Made by a program: the position numbers and the translations under genes. The notes below the pieces were generated by a model. That model saw only the letters and a list, made by a program, of their open reading frames with translations. It made no database searches and was not told where the DNA came from. A stretch of DNA of 64,000 nt from the human T2T-CHM13v2.0 reference genome, Homo sapiens, in assembly GCF_009914755.1 (NCBI RefSeq), contig NC_060940.1; one strand, 5' to 3'. This document shows, one piece after another, positions 31,423 through 56,143 of the stretch; positions within the stretch are counted from its first letter, which is position 1; each line of letters starts with the position of its first letter.

Positions 31423-32113
31423 TAGAAGTGAAGTAGTTTGTTCAAGATTCCCTAGCTAATAATTGGGAGCTCTAGGGTCCACTTCACTCAGTTTGCCTGC
31501 CTCCTGACCATTAGGCTTAATTCTGTGTGTCTGCCTCCCCAACAGGGTGTGAGCTCCTGGGTGTGGGAGCCATTCAGCAGAATACTTAGCCTAGTCTCCT
31601 GCACACAATGTGGGAAATTTTGCTGAGTTGTTCTCTACTGACAATTCTTGACTCTCTGCCCCGTAATAGTCTCATCTGTTCCCTCTCACATCTCTTAGCC
31701 ACAAAATCACATCTTGGGCAAGATGAAGGTGCTTAGAAGTTGGACTGTTGCTTTCTGACAGATTCATACCACACCTAATGCTTATTCCAACATGTTTTTA
31801 AACAGAACTAGTCGGATTCTGGAGTCTTCTCTTCTGGACCTCAATCTAGAGAATCTTTTTTTCTGCCAGGACAATCTCCAGCCACCAGCTCCAGTTCACC
31901 TCTTTCCCCCGTCTTCACCTGTCTTATTATTTCGGTGTATAACTTGCGTGTTATTCCTCTGTTTTTGTCTTTGTGCCTCTTATTTATTTCTCAACCACAA
32001 AGGGAGTCACAATTGGTGGTTGATAGGATTGTGTGGAATGTAGCCTTCTTTCTTTTTGATCTTTGTTTGCTTCATCTCTTGTTTCTATAGAATATTGAAT
32101 TTCTAAATACAAC

Positions 32114-33615
<1,502 letters not shown>

Positions 33616-34320
33616 CAATGAGTGTATGCTAGCATTTAACGTTTTTGTCCTTTTATATTTAGCAACTCATTTTCCTATTAAGAAGTTATAGATGGAAAAA
33701 CCTCTGCTAGATCACCGTGTCCAGAGTCCTTTTTCTGTAAATGTCTTATTTTTGACCATTCATGTTGTGTTTTGTTGATCTCACACAATAAGAACAGAAT
33801 AGCCATTTCATTCACCAAGTTCCAGTAGTAAAAAACACCTTGAAATGTAAATGACCTTTAAAATATTAAAATAATTTTTAAGTGTAAATGAATCTACTCA
33901 TTACCGTCTTTACTCATGGAGCTTGTGTTAGAGAGGTAGTCTAACTAGAGCCTTTTTTCTTCCTCTATTTTCATATATTCTGGATTGTGGTAATATGGTT
34001 TTTATAATCAAACAAATCAATTTAGGAAGTAAAGAGAAGAAAGATATTTGCCATTTATTTCTTCTTTTGATCTTAAAGATACAACCACTCCGCAAATGTT
34101 CCAGGTCAAGCTCATTGAAAGAGTCAAACACTGTCTTCCTGCTTTTCCATTGAATGTGCACCTGTGTGCCCAAGGCAGTCTTTTACTCACACCTTCCCTT
34201 TTCAGTTTGCCAAGCCTCTTCTGGTCCTTTCTGAGCCACGTCTAACCCTAAAGACTGCCCTTGTCCCTGAAGCTTCAGCTTTGTGTGTTTCAGGCCAACT
34301 GGCGCCTGGAAAGAGGGAGG

Positions 34321-34337
34321 GTGAAGAGAGAGGGAGA

Positions 34338-34387
<50 letters not shown>

Positions 34388-34435
34388 AGAGGGAGACCGT
34401 GTGTGTGTGTGTGTATGTGTGAAGAGAGAGGGAGA

Positions 34436-34473
<38 letters not shown>
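34321..34473. repeat. Compound repeat [agagagagggagacc(gt)n] x3
   Basis: Three copies of the 15-bp purine-rich header, each followed by a GT run of different length. Confidence 0.95.
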
Positions 34474-34474
<1 letters not shown>

Positions 34475-35138
34475 ACATGCGCTCTCTAAATTCTTTTGAT
34501 AAAGAATCTGAACGCCACTCCCTTCCAAAGAGTTTTCAGACCAGGAGTCTGGGTACTTCTTTAAGATATCCTTGGCCTAAGCTTCTCAGATGGTGAAAGT
34601 GTTTGTTTCAACCACTGACTGCAAGCAGCTAAACTAGCTTTCCTGTGAATGAGACGCACCCAGCCTACTCACAGCCATACCCACTCCACCTTGCCCTGGA
34701 GTCCTTGGGCCTGATACAGTTGGGGGATGAACAGCAGGTGTGCTGAACTCATAATGAGAGGTTTCCGCTGTGGGATTGCCTATATCCTGCCCCCCACAGA
34801 GGCTCCTGTAACTTTACCTTTGAACTCTCCTTGTATTCAGCCCCTGATCCATGGGATTTGGTGACAATCCCTGGCTGGCAGGAAGCTTTGATCCTTGGGG
34901 AGTCCAGAGGAAGTCCTATGATGTGTGGGATCCCTAGAGTCACAGGGATTGGGAAGAAGCTCTATACCAGGATGGGTTGCTAAGATAGACCCATTAATTA
35001 AGCAGGAGGCTTTGCTTAACACTCAGTTACTAAAAACAGAGATCCGGTAACTGATAACAGGGAGCTCAGCACCCCTCAAGTGTGGAGTGGGTTTTGCACA
35101 GGCAGTATTGTTATTTTAAGGACACAGAAGTGCCCAGG

Positions 35139-35148
35139 GGGAAATTCC
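35139..35148 (+). promoter_or_regulatory. Consensus NF-kB motif GGGAAATTCC (motif only)
   Basis: Exact GGGRNWYYCC match; function unknown. Confidence 0.3.
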
Positions 35149-35739
35149 TACCCACACGGAGAAAGAGCAGAATACCTGTGAGTATCCCTTTTTAACAAGT
35201 AAAAGCTGACTTTACTTTGAATGTTAGGAGGCTCTAGCAAAAAAATCTCAAAGATATTTCTAAGTGAAAGATTCCTCTAAAAGGAAAAAAAAAAAAAAGA
35301 TGACCTTGTAACAAACACTGGAGGATGGGGCACAGGAAGCCAGGAGAGCAGCCTGGGTGACAGAGTGAGACCTTCTTTAAAAAAAAAAAAAAGTGGAAGC
35401 TCTAGAATTTCTATATATAGAGATGCTTTGGGCTATAATCCATTGGAGAGAGTGTTGGGAGATTTGTCTTTAGGCTGTACCTGCATAGCAAGCATGCTGG
35501 TTTTGCTTGGAAACTGCCTTCTTTTTGTGATGGCCTGGGAGCTGGAACTTACTAAAGTTCCCCCAAGCCATTTCCTTGGTGCCACCCACTGGCTGGGAAT
35601 AAATGTCAGAGTGAAGGCACTTTCACAGAGCAGGTACAGGTTCCTCTTCCTCCACCCACCTCCAAAGGCGGAAATGACTTCCTTTGCTTCCAGAGAATTG
35701 CCTGCGTTTCTCTCTTAGAACGGAGATCACTCCATGTGG

Positions 35740-35875
35740 GGTGTGTGTACTGCCTCCCCACAGGGCTGTAGCTGCCACCTGGGAGGGTTCGTGCCTTATT
35801 CATCTTTTTTATCGCCAGCACAGTGCCTGGGCATGACAGAGGCCCATAGTACTGATTATTGAATGAGTGAGTAAT
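35740..35875 (+). mobile_element. L2 3' end
   Basis: ccagcacagtgcctgggcat...tattgaatgagtgagt. Confidence 0.65.
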
Positions 35876-35992
35876 CATGAGGCAATAGCGGTGGAGAGTC
35901 ATCCTCTGCCGGGAATTAGCTCATTTTCATGCGGCCAGCCTCAGGAAAAATAAGACTTCCTTGCCCAAAGACAGGTTAGAAAGGGCACTCGA

Positions 35993-36329
<337 letters not shown>

Positions 36330-36608
36330 CTAGGAGACCTGACTGTGGCTCAGAAGCTCCCTGAGAAAGCCCAGGAGGTAACTGCCCAGCAGGGACCAGG
36401 CAGCATCTTCCTGAGGTTTGCTCACAGGACTCAGGTGCTTCACGTGGTGACACTGGGCTAGGAGCATTGAGGGTTGTTTGCAGGCTGACTGTATAATATG
36501 TGGGTCCCAGTGCAGATTAAAATGCAGGGCTCCTTGCTAGGGAAAACAAATAACAACAACAAGAAGAAAGTACCATTAGTGCTGTGTGTGTGTGTGTATA
36601 TATATATA

Positions 36609-37113
36609 TATTACAGAAAAGGAGTCCCGATCCAGACCCCAAAAGAGGCTTCTTGGATCTTGTGCAAGAGGGAATTCAGGGCGAGTCTGCAGTGGAAAGT
36701 AAAAGCAAATTTATTAAGAGAGTAAAGTAGTGAAAGAACAGCTGCTCCATAGACAGAGTAGGACGTTCCCGAAAGAGGAGGAACGTGTCCACCCTAGATA
36801 CAATACTCGTATATATGGGGCGATGTGCTCTGCTACAAGGACTTGTGATAAAGGATTAATTTTCTCAATTACTATACTTTACAAGTATCAAATTATCATC
36901 TTTAAAGCAAAATTAGGAATGTCTTTGTTCTCCAGATATCGGGATATCTGGACACTCCTAAGTCTGAGTCTGTTTGGTAAACATTATTAATTCATTCCCT
37001 TAACCATAAACATCTAGAGGTTAGGAATACCTAACTTTCTGGGAATGCAGCCCAGCAAGTCTCAGCCTCATTTTCCAGCTCTCACTCAAAATGGAGTCAC
37101 TCTGGTTCGAATG

Positions 37114-37118
<5 letters not shown>
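36609..37118 (-). mobile_element. Second MER41-family (C/D-like) solo LTR, uninterrupted
   Basis: Colinear with the 32114-33615 LTR (ccagacccc, gaattcagggcgagtc, agtctgagtctgtttggtaaacatta, cagcccagcaagtctcagcctcattttccagc). Confidence 0.88.
37037..37045. promoter_or_regulatory. GAS/STAT motif TTCTGGGAA in a MER41 LTR (motif only)
   Basis: Exact TTCN3GAA match. Confidence 0.3.

Positions 37119-37154
<36 letters not shown>
37116..37154. repeat. (TG)n microsatellite, ~19 units
   Basis: Direct reading. Confidence 0.95.
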
Positions 37155-37157
<3 letters not shown>

Positions 37158-37729
37158 ATTATTATTATTATTTTTTTTTGGAGGCAGAATCTCGCCCTAT
37201 TGCCCAGGCTAGTGTGAGGTGGCGCCATTCTTGGCTCACTGCAACCTCCGCCTCCCAGGTTCAAGCAATTCTCCTGCCTCAGCCTCCTGAGTATCTGGGA
37301 TTACAGGCATGCGCCACTACGCCTGGCTAATTTTTTAGTAGAGACGGGGTTTCGCCATGTTGCTCAGGCTGGTCTCGAACTCCTGAGCTCAGTTGATCCA
37401 CCCAGCTTGGCCTTCCAAAAGTGCACAGATTACAGGTATAAGCCACTGTGCCTGGCCTGAAATATAATTTTTTTCCTTCCAAAGTCTGCTTTTTTTTTTT
37501 TTTTTAAGAGATGGGGTCTAAGTCTCTCTCTCAACTTGTCATGATGTTTATTATTTGCTGGAGAAAAATTAAAATGTTAAATTATTAGCATGAATTTTAC
37601 TGTTCATCTTTACATTGTGCAATGCCAATTCTAAATGCAAATATAAGAGCATTAGCTCCTACACAGAATCACTGAAATTACACAATTTGTATTTCATAGT
37701 TTACACATGCATATGTATTTCCTTCTTAG

Positions 37730-38750
<1,021 letters not shown>

Positions 38751-39856
38751 TGATTTACTGATAAGAAAGGACTGAAAGGAACAAGAATAATGGGTTGCCC
38801 TGCTGTGCCATTATTTTCAGTGTAAATGACTGGCTAAAACAAGGAAGTGAATGAGTAAGAAAGATGCAGTCGGGTTCCATGGTCCTCTGTGTTTTTTAGA
38901 AAGCCATTGCCTTCTTTCTGTGTTCGAAGCAACGCATGGAAAGTGCATGAAAAGTGTCGCCTCTCCAAGCTGTTGGGGCCTCCATTTGCCCACTCTTAAA
39001 TGTAACAGCCATGCCTGCCTTGTACTTGCTTCTAGCCTTGTTGCCCTCCCCCATATGGTGAGTCCACCAGAATCCTGTGCTTATGGGGCACAGTGAACTC
39101 CAGATGCAAATGCTCTGGCAAAGAGGAGTGAACACAATCTTACCTCCTCCACTGACATTCACGCTCCCTGTCCCATTGGAGTTCATTTACAAAACACAGG
39201 TTCACAGGAGGCTGAGGCAGGAGAATCGCTTGAACACAGGAGGCGGAGGTTGTAGTAAGCCAAGATCGCACCACTGAACTCCAGCCTGGGCGACAGAGCA
39301 CGACTCTGTCTCAAAACAAAACAAAACACACACACAAGTTGAAAAATAAGATTATTACGAATTTTTTTTTTTTTGGAGACAGGGTCTCACTCTGTCTCCC
39401 AGGATAGAGTGCAGTGGCACGATCACAGTTCACTGCAGTCACAAACTCCTGAGCTCTAGGGATCTTCCAGCCTTAGCCTCCAAGCCCTAGACTGCAGGCG
39501 TGTGCCACCATGCCTGGCTAATTTTTATTTTATTTTATTTTATTTTTTTTTAGTAGAGATGAGGTCCTGCTATGTTACCCAGGCTGGAAGAATTTTAGGA
39601 TGGCAACAGCAGATCATTAGACCAAGCAAACCTGGCCCTCTTGAGCATGGGACCTTGTGTGACTGCAGGTCGCAACCCTAGTTGTCTGGCAGTGTTTCAG
39701 TCGACATTCTTAGGAGTTTCTGCTTTTACCAGTTGAGAGACTAGCCAGGAGTGGCACGCATGAATGCCTTTATTCACTCATACTTTTTTTTAGGTATGAG
39801 CAATGTACCAGTCACTTTCTGAGGCATTGGGGCTATACCAGATTGAAAAAGGCAAG

Positions 39857-41680
<1,824 letters not shown>

Positions 41681-41719
41681 AAAATAAAGAAACCGCATAG
41701 TATAATGGCTAAAATTATA

Positions 41720-43060
41720 GGCCCTATTTCTTTTAAGCAAAACACAAAATCCAGAAACCACAAAGGAAAACATTTGATAAAATTAACTACATCAAAAATG
41801 GAAATTTCTTCACCAGAATAAAAAATTTCACAAAGAAAAAATGCCAACTGGGAGAAAAATATTTGCAACTCATATGACAGATAATGGACTTAAAAAAAAA
41901 TGGAGTTTTTACGAATCATTAAGGAGAAGCTGAATTATACATACCAGAAAAAAATACAAATTTATGTTTATATATTTGTTGGAAGTATGCAAATTCATAA
42001 CAGCAAAATGCTATTTTTTTCTACTGGATTAGCAAAAATAAGGAGTTTACAATACATGGCACTGATAAGAATATGGGGAAACAGGAATTTTCACAGTGTT
42101 TGAGGAAAATGTAAATTCTTGGAACCTCTCTGGCCATATCTATCAAAATTGTAATGCGCATTACCCTTTGAGCCAGAAATTCCATTTCTAGATATTTGTC
42201 CTACAGATATACTTGTACATGTCTGTAATGACCTAAGTATCAGAATGCATATTGCACTGGGCACAGTGGCTTATGCCTCTAATCTTGACTACTCAGGAGG
42301 CTGAGGTGGGAGAATCACTTGAGGCCAGGAGTTCAAGACCAGCCTGCGCAATATAGCAGGACCCCATCTTCAAAAAAATGTTTATTGCAGCAATATTTGC
42401 AATAGCAAAAGATAAAAAGAATTTAAATTACTTTCATTGGAAAGATGGTTAAATAAATTGCATTACATTCATCCTCTGCAGCTATAAAAAATAAGTTATT
42501 TCCATATGTGCCAATTATACAAAGGATCTACAAAACATGTTAAGTGGGGGAAAAAATCATGGTACACAACAGAGCGTAGAATATAATTTTGTACTTTAAA
42601 AAGGTAAGGGAAGGCTGGGCTTGGTGGCTCATGCCTGTAATCCCTACCTCTGAGGTGGGAGGGTTGCTTGAGCCCAGGATTTCAAGACCAGCCTGGGCAA
42701 CATAGCAAAAAAATAAAAATGCCAAGCATGGTGGTGTATGCCTGTAGTCCCAGCTAACTTGGGAGGCTGAGATGGAGGATTGCTGGAGCCCAGGAGATTG
42801 AGGCTGCAGTAAGCTATGATTGCACTACTGTACTTTAGCCTGGACAACAGAGTGAGACCCTGTCTAAAAAAACTGGGGGAGAGGGGACAAGAAACAGAAA
42901 TATACACATGTGTGCTTGTAAACACTTAGAAAATGTCTTCATATGAATGATGTCCTCTGAGAAGGGAAACAGCTAGGAGTCTGGAGTAGAACAGAGCCTT
43001 ACCTTTTAATATGTACTCTTTTGTACTGTATTATCTTTTCAATAAAAATAAAAAATAAGA
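41720..43060 (+). mobile_element. Old L1ME-type 3' fragment with Alu insertions (~42256-42380, 42613-42870)
   Basis: aacacaaaatccagaaaccacaaaggaaaacatttgataaa, aatatttgcaactcatatgacag, aattccatttctagatatttgtcctacaga, aatgtttattgcagcaatatttgcaatagcaaaa. Confidence 0.75.
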
Positions 43061-43173
43061 ACACAGGCTCTGGATGTTGGAAACCTGGCTCCATCATTTT
43101 TTTAGCTGAGTAACCTCAACCCTCTAACCCTCTGTTTCTGCAAATATAAGATGGGGCTAATAACCTTCCTCTA

Positions 43174-45978
<2,805 letters not shown>

Positions 45979-46042
45979 ACCTGGCTCCAAGGACGTGGAG
46001 GAGGCAGGCAGGGCCAGGCACCCAGAGCCGTGCCCAGGTCTT

Positions 46043-46057
46043 CCAGCAGGTGGCCCT
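46043..46057 (+). promoter_or_regulatory. CTCF-like motif CCAGCAGGTGGCCCT (motif only)
   Basis: Matches the CCASYAGRKGGC core. Confidence 0.3.
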
Positions 46058-46508
46058 GCTGCCTCTTGAGTGCTGGCAGCATGGCTGACCCTCGGGGTGG
46101 TTTTATGGTGCAGGTCACTTGGGTCTTCAGGGTCCCTTCCGAGGGCATGTGTTCAGCACTCCCGCGTTCAGCCTGAGGGGTGTACAGTTAAGAGAAGACA
46201 GTTACAGATCTCATTAATCTACATTTTTCACTGTCCTCTAGCATTGAAAGAAGGATGTCTACCTGGTGAAAGTATATTTTAACATGACTGATGGAATTTC
46301 ACTAATTGCCCACTCTCTTGGAACTTGAGGAGAAGCGGTTGGCCACCCATATGTCACCTAGCTCTATATTCTTTCAGGCTGAGATTCTTCTTCAGGAAAA
46401 TGAGGAGCAGAACTGGCCACCCTTGGCTGCTCAAGAGGCATTTCAGAGTAGGAGATGCAGTTGGAGGTGGGGAGGGGAAGGAAATAGTTATCAAATAATG
46501 CAAAATGG

Positions 46509-46514
46509 AATAAA
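46509..46514 (+). terminator. Possible proximal polyadenylation signal AATAAA
   Basis: ggAATAAAgttatc in the 3'UTR; downstream element weak. Confidence 0.35.
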
Positions 46515-47461
46515 GTTATCTTGGATGGAAAGAACAGGGCTAAATCTGGTCCTCTGGTGTCGAGATGGAAAACTGTGGAGTTGAAGAGGCTCTGATGCCC
46601 AGAAAGGACAATCAAGCTGGTTGACTCTTCCAGAGAAGAAGGGTAAGCCCTGTATTTATCCTCCCAGGCCATTCTTCTTCACTCCTGCTGCTGTTTGCAG
46701 AGAGTTGCCCTGATTATCAGGAGAAAAGAACCACGAGCATCCAGAGAGTTTACATCCTGCCTTCTGTCCTCTGCTCCTTCAGAAAGATGAATGCCTAGAC
46801 AATGGGTTCACACTGAATGCAGGCTGGAAAGAATGCATGCTGGTGGCCTAATGCCAGGGCTGTTGAAACAATTTCAGATATAGCACTGTGGTCTCCACTT
46901 TATTTCTTTATATGTTTTGGCCGCTGCATTTTGATTGCAGCTAAAAGAGATAACAGAAAGGAGATACTGGCTGGCTGCTTCATATTAGCCCTCTCTGTTG
47001 TCAACACCTTGATGAGGCCAACCCAGAGATGCTTGATCAGTCCTCAGCTTTGCAGGGCTAGGTACAGAATTTTATCACAGGATTTTATCACGCTCTCTGG
47101 GGTGACTAGATCCACAGGAACCAAAACGCAGTTTCCAAAAGCTCGAGTGACTGAAGGATCTATACACAAACATGGCTATTTGCTAGTTAACAACAGGATA
47201 TTTCTCTCTGGCCAGATCACAGACATGGTTCTGAGTCAGATCTTCCTTGGTGGCATCCCTTTAAAGAGGCCATCTTATGAACAGGATCACAAGTGAGCTT
47301 AGTGAGCAGAGAGTTAGAACAAATCTAGCTAGGTGTGTTTAAGGAATATTTCCATTCAGCTAGTGTAGCTGGATTAATTTCTATTCTCCAAATCAAGGAT
47401 GTCTAGAAAATGGGCATTGTGGCTTTCAAATCTAAGAAGAATCTCCTTTGGGCCAGCTGGA

Positions 47462-47472
47462 TGTACAATAAA
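47462..47472 (+). terminator. Distal polyadenylation signal AATAAA (47467-47472) with upstream TGTA
   Basis: atgtacAATAAAaatgcttgtttctt; CFIm UGUA motif just upstream, U/GU-rich sequence downstream. Confidence 0.75.
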
Positions 47473-47759
47473 AATGCTTGTTTCTTGGCCTTCCTTTAAC
47501 TAGACTCCACGCAACCCACTTCAGACCAGCAGATCGAATGTGTTGCACAATCCATTTTACTTACAACTTCATTTGCATTAACCGCATTCCAGTTCTGAGG
47601 ACAGATCCTGATTGACCACCTTGATTAGTCTAAGACACTATCTAGTCCAAAATCCTCGAGTGCCTCATGAAGCATCCTAGTACCTTTATCTCTATTTATA
47701 GATCACCTCTTAATTTGAACTATTTGGCAAGTGGCTGAAAACATCTGTTCTTTATTGAT

Positions 47760-49244
<1,485 letters not shown>

Positions 49245-49859
49245 TTAAACGAAATACACGGGAACAAAAGTGACACTTCCCTACATGGACCCTGTGAGGT
49301 GTGTCTTGCCTCCCATCCCCACCCTGCTCTTCTCCCTCAGAGACCACCTTCCCACCTCCCACCGCCCCTTCTGCTGCCGCCTCCACCTGGCTTGCTGAGG
49401 CTCTGCTGGCCCCTCACCTTCGGCGTCCTCCACCACCCAGCAGCCTTTCTCCTAGATTCCTCTGTGGCACTCACTCAGCCTTGTGCTTGGTCCCGTGCTG
49501 CCTCCTCTCCTTTTTCCCCTTCTAGGCTCTTCCTCCTCTTCCCAGGCCCGCCATCCACCACCCCCTTGCTCTACAGGGGATGGCTCAGCCACAGGAGACA
49601 TGCAGAGGCCCCACTTGTGGCTACAGCCAAACCCCAGGCTTCTGCCCAAGCTTCAACTGCTTTTTCAGGTTAGACTTCCTGAACATTCTGGAGAGTTTCC
49701 CCTCTCTGCTTTGTTTTTCTTCCTCCTTGGCATAAACTTGCCCTTCTCCAAGTTCTCTGTTATTTAATCAGAAATCTCTTAACTTTTGCTTTGCTCCTTA
49801 TCATCTCTCCACACTCATAATTTCCCATATTTCCCAATCTCCTCTTCCACGTCCCTTGC

Positions 49860-51125
<1,266 letters not shown>

Positions 51126-52734
51126 GGAAGGGGTGCTGAAGTAAGAGGATCGCTTGTGTCCAGGAGTTTGAGGCAGCAGTGAGCTGTGACTGCACCTCTG
51201 CACTCCAGCCTGGGCAGCAGAGTGAGACCCTGTCCCCAAAATGGAAAAAATAAAAGAAATGCATATAACCATACCCAGCCAGTTTTTTCCCCTCCATAAA
51301 AAGGAAGCAGTGATCCCCAGCCCTTTTCATGCCACCCCCCAACTTGGCCTCGGTGGCTCTGTTGTTTCAGCTCCTCTTCTCTGGTAGCAGCAGTTTCTCC
51401 TCTTTGGCTCAAAAAGGAGAGCAAGCGTGTTGATCTACCCTGGGTCCATCCACCTGTTTTGTCTCTTTGTCTGCGAGGGTGACTGAATGAAGTGCTGCCT
51501 GCCACCTGACTGTGCCTCTCACCCAACTGTTTGCCGCATTGGAGGGCTGGCTACAACATGTGAAAGTGGATCAATTGATAAGTCGAGAGATGAGTCATCT
51601 GACCTGTGCAAAACCAGATAAGCTTCTGCAGTCTTTGCACAGAAATCTAAAATCTCGGCCAGAATTTCTGTGGCAAAGGGAGAGAGTCAGAAACCGGAGC
51701 TGTGAGAGGTGCCACATTTCCCTGACTATGAGGGGTCTTCTTCCCCAATACGCCCCTTCCCCCAGCAGCAGCTTTGACCTCAGAGGGCCTGGCTGTGTCC
51801 TCAGCAAGCTCTGCAGCTACAGACATGCTGCAGTCACATGCAGCAGCCACACTGCAGTGCGCGGCACCTCTGCCTGCCATGCTCCACTCTGTTGGAACTG
51901 AATCACCGCTTGGGGGTTGGGAACCTGTGTTGCTCCTTACAATACCCGGTGCTGCCTCTTTCCTGCAGGCAGAGCTCAGGGCTGTGCTCAGCGCCCTCTG
52001 CACAGGCTGGCAAGGTGAGAGGGGAATGCAGACCCCACCTTCGGCCCTGGAAAGCTGAAACATCATTAGGGAGGTCATCCCCTGTTGTCCTCCCCAGTTC
52101 TTCATAGGGAGTCCGTAGCTCCACGCTACCAGGCCTCAGTTTTTGTGCCCCTCCTCCAGAGTGCCCTCTGCGGTTCTTTGTAACACAGTGTTGCAAGATC
52201 AGTGTTTGCATTTCCTTTATTTTGGAAAGTCATTTTCCATCCATAAGCTTGTCTGATTCTCACAACAATCTTGAAGAACAGGGAGGCAGGCTCTTGACAT
52301 CCTCCCTTGGTGGGATTTGGCTCCAAGTCTGCTGGGTCGCAGCCAGGAGCCTGTTTACTACATCGGAAGACCCTCCATGAAATGTTTTGAACATCTGTTG
52401 AATACAATGGAGCTTCTTCCCACAAAGTGAGTACAGAAGTACAAGCCTTTCAAGCAGAGTAGAGTTTGAGATGCAAACTCAGGTACTCACATATACACAT
52501 GAATCCCAACACGTGGGGGCCACCAAGAAGGCGTTTGTGCTCCACTGACACATGGTCGGCGCTGCCTACCACCTCCCCCGTGCTGGCCCTCTGCCCTCCA
52601 GTCTGAGGAGTGGTACAGCCCGCAGGTACAATGCCTGGCTGCTGTGCGTATTTGTGTACATTTTCAGATGATACGTGATGTGACTTAGAACAAGTTTAAT
52701 GTATCTGTAGTTTGTAATAGGTGCACTTGGCACT

Positions 52735-53405
<671 letters not shown>

Positions 53406-54329
53406 GAAAGAAAAATTCCCACGATCTCACCTCAACTCCTGCCCAAGATTACCACTGACAACTGGTGCAAAATCCCTCTAGATCTTTATTTATTACCATA
53501 TTTTATTACCCCAAATAGTGCCCCGCATCATTTTTTCTGAGTCATATACCTTGGAGACACTCATATCAGTACTCACAGATCTCTTCCTTTGTGATGATGG
53601 CATGGCTTCCATTGTTTGGGTAAACTGCAGCTTAATCATTTGTTTATTGATGGTTCCATTGACTTGTTTCTAATTTCCAATGGTTTTTCAATGATTCTCA
53701 GACATAACTTTGCATACCGAAACGTTTCTATGCAATAGGTCTTAAAAGGTTGGAGTGCCAGATCAAAAGCGTATAACCATTTCAAATGTTAGTACCAAAT
53801 GTCCCCCCAAAAGTTTGTACCAATCTACATTCCCCCACCCTCAGCTGACTTTGCTTTAACACCCATGAAATGCAAGTTCAGTCTCAAAGCAGTGTTGATA
53901 CCATTCTCTAAATAATTCAGGACTAGGAAGCCTTCAGGGCTGGAGTTTTCTGTGTACCAAAACCAACAACAGGGACACGCTAATATGCTTTGCAGGTTAC
54001 ACCCACCAGCAGCCGTGTCCCAGGTGCAAATACTAATTAGTGGCTTATAATTACTAGTTCGTGGCTTATACATAGTCATCCGGGAGAGAAATCTTGAGCC
54101 CCTGCAGGTCTATTTAAAAGAGGTTTCTCATCTCTGAGACTCTGCCCTTGGTGTATAGGGTATGCCTTCTCATGGGGTTTGGAATGGCCCTAGAATAATG
54201 ACTATATTTCCCAAACCAGATTCAGGACATAAGGTCTGATGGCCCCTTAAAGTACGGGTTCATCTGGAAAGCCCAGGTTGAATGGTTGTACCTCTGCATC
54301 ACTGTATGTCAAGATCACAGTTACAGTTA

Positions 54330-54593
54330 ACACTAAAAAGCTTATTATGCCCTTCTGTGTACTTAACACATATTAATCCCGTTAGCCCTCACACTGGGCC
54401 TGTGAGATAGGTCTTACTATGACCCTGTTCTACAGATAGGAAAACTGAGGCACACACGAGGCTAATTGCCTCAGATTACATAGCCAGTAAGAAGCAGCCA
54501 AACCAGTACTGGACCCAAGCAGTCTGGCTCCAAAGGCTGTGCTTTTTCCCACCGTGCTTGCTGCTACCGATACATAGATACTGTATTTCCAAA
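54330..54593 (-). mobile_element. MIR plus flank, copy 2 of a local duplication
   Basis: acagataggaaaactgaggcaca core; homologous to 53192-53405. Confidence 0.8.
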
Positions 54594-54644
54594 TTGTTAA
54601 AATCTGTTCTTAGTATAAGTGTGGATAAAGAAAGTGGTTCCCAC

Positions 54645-56143
<1,499 letters not shown>

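Larger units (their letters stand above)
45979..47495 (+). other. TANGO6: TANGO6 3'UTR (~1.5 kb, Alu-free; 3' end approximate)
   Basis: Unique sequence from the stop codon to just past AATAAA at 47467; Alus resume at ~47760. Confidence 0.75.

Noticed and set aside
46817-47296. 159-aa ORF within the TANGO6 3'UTR
   Set aside because: No recognisable homology or coding signature; would need ribosome profiling or PhyloCSF support.
51512-52425. Overlapping ORFs on both strands in the unique island
   Set aside because: No recognisable domain, coding bias or exon structure; expected in GC-richer DNA.
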